Below are positions 6,565 through 7,746 of a DNA stretch of 7,746 bases, in pieces. Made by a program: the position numbers and the translations under genes. Within the stretch, counting starts at the first letter, position 1; each line of letters opens with the position of its first letter. The notes beneath the pieces are model-generated. The model made no database searches. It saw only the letters and a program-made list of their open reading frames with translations, and had not been told where the DNA came from. Source of the stretch: Candidatus Altimarinota bacterium (lineage in GTDB: Bacteria; Patescibacteriota; Gracilibacteria; UBA1369); contig JBAZYK010000019.1 in assembly GCA_041659405.1 (NCBI GenBank), positions 1-7,746 of the forward strand. The letters are read 5' to 3'.

Positions 6565-7659
6565 ATGCAATACCTTCTTCCAGCCATTTTTGCCTTTCTT
6601 TCCACGCTTGCTTTGACATTTGCGGCGCTGAAGTTTTTCCCAAAAGTTGGTTTGATGGATCGGCCGCAGAAGTATGGTCTTAAAAGGGATCCGATTCCTT
6701 ATTATGGTGGCGTTGTGATTTTTTTGGTGTTCTTTGTTTCGGTTTTGCTTTTTATAAAATTGGATATTCATTTGTTGGGATATCTTATAGGGGCGATTTT
6801 GTTGGTCAGTGTCAGTTTTGCGGATGATCTTTTTGGGTTAAGTCCTTATTTCCGGTTAGCCATGCAGGTTGTTGCTGCGCTTTTATTGGTTTTTGCCGGT
6901 ATTGGAATTAACTCGATTTCCAATCCTTTTGGAGGGCCGCTGGTTTTAGATCACAATGTTTTTTCTTTTACGCTGGATGATATTCTGGTTAATGTTTCCG
7001 TTCTGGGGGCGATTTTTACAGTTATTTGGGTGGTTTCCGTAGTGAATACCATGAATTTCCTGGATGGATTAAATGGCTTGCCAAGCGGTGTTACAGCGAT
7101 TGCCGCTTTGACGCTTTTCTTTTTGAGTACTCGTCCGGATATCCATTATGATATTTCGGCGCAGGTTCCGGTTGCGACCATGAGTATTATTCTTTTTGCG
7201 GTTTGTTTTGCTTTCTGGTTTTTTGATTTTTATCCCGCCAAAATTTTAATGGGCGATACCGGAAGCGTGTTTTTAGGCTTTACTTTAGCCACTTTGGCAA
7301 TTTTTTCAGGCGGAAAAGTTGCAACGGCATTTTTGGTTTTGGGTTTCCCGATTTTGGATGCGGGTTGGGTGATTTTGCGAAGAATTGCCGAAGGGAAATC
7401 GCCATTTAAAGGTGATCTGAAACATTTACATCATCGGTTGTTGGAGGCCGGCTTTGGTCATAGAAAGGCGCTGTTTTTGATTTATGCTTTATCAGCTTTA
7501 TTTGGCGGTACAGCTGTTTTCCTTGAAGGCAAAGCCAAGGTTTATGCCTTGTTGGTGCTCTTTTTATTTATGCTTGTGGTGGCTGGATGGGTGGTGTACT
7601 CAACAAAGAATAAATCCACCACCCCTTTCCAAGATTTCAAGGAACAAAAGCCGAAATAA
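6565..7659 (+). CDS. Glycosyltransferase family 4 / MraY-WecA-TagO superfamily, undecaprenyl-phosphate sugar-1-phosphate transferase
   Basis: 364 aa polytopic. DRPQKYGLKRDPIPYYGG, FADDLFGLSP, NTMNFLDGLNGLPSGV, ILMGDTGSVFLGF and DLKHLHHRLLEAGF (the HLHHRLL form is typical of WecA/TagO rather than MraY). Confidence 0.92.
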   Translation: MQYLLPAIFAFLSTLALTFAALKFFPKVGLMDRPQKYGLKRDPIPYYGGVVIFLVFFVSVLLFIKLDIHLLGYLIGAILLVSVSFADDLFGLSPYFRLAMQVVAALLLVFAGIGINSISNPFGGPLVLDHNVFSFTLDDILVNVSVLGAIFTVIWVVSVVNTMNFLDGLNGLPSGVTAIAALTLFFLSTRPDIHYDISAQVPVATMSIILFAVCFAFWFFDFYPAKILMGDTGSVFLGFTLATLAIFSGGKVATAFLVLGFPILDAGWVILRRIAEGKSPFKGDLKHLHHRLLEAGFGHRKALFLIYALSALFGGTAVFLEGKAKVYALLVLFLFMLVVAGWVVYSTKNKSTTPFQDFKEQKPK

Positions 7660-7663
7660 TGGC

Positions 7664-7746
7664 TTAGGAGTCTGCAAAAATAACTTTTAAGTCAAGTGGT
7701 GGTTCAGCGGTCATTTCATAGAGCTTTTTGAGGCCTCCAAGCAGGA
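7664..7746 (-). CDS. C-terminal 26 codons of a convergent minus-strand gene running off the window, function unknown
   Basis: Open minus-strand frame (...LLGGLKKLYEMTAEPPLDLKVIFADS*) with stop TAA at 7664-7666, beginning 5 nt after the stop of the 6565-7659 gene. Confidence 0.45.
   Translation of the reverse strand, partial: LLGGLKKLYEMTAEPPLDLKVIFADS

Noticed and set aside
1-7746. CRISPR array, transposon ends, tRNA or rRNA genes
   Set aside because: No regularly spaced direct repeats, transposase-like ORF, terminal inverted repeats with target duplications, or tRNA T-loop/cloverleaf pattern were seen.

Overview
Window of about 7.7 kb from a bacterial genome. Domain architectures suggest a Patescibacteria/CPR-like lineage, but that is inference. 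Left part: a terminator-like hairpin (4-48), about 310 bp of unexplained noncoding DNA, and a minus-strand MNT/HEPN-type toxin-antitoxin-like pair in which the HEPN partner is truncated before its RNxxxH catalytic motif. Right part: a plus-strand run of seven genes: archaeal-type short triosephosphate isomerase, long-form ribosome hibernation factor, O-antigen ligase/Wzy-like membrane protein, stand-alone riboflavin kinase domain, MurE-like Mur ligase lacking the N-terminal UDP-substrate domain, TruB, and a WecA/TagO-like polyprenyl-phosphate sugar-1-phosphate transferase. The C-terminus of a convergent minus-strand gene touches the right edge. The most notable points are the archaeal-type TIM among bacterial genes, the domain-minimal MurE-like enzyme with a changed amino-acid-recognition motif, the truncated HEPN gene, the absence of Shine-Dalgarno sequences ahead of all nine complete ORFs, and the unexplained 49-360 intergenic region. 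I found no CRISPR array, mobile element, tRNA or rRNA, and no clear evidence of a completely new defence-type system.
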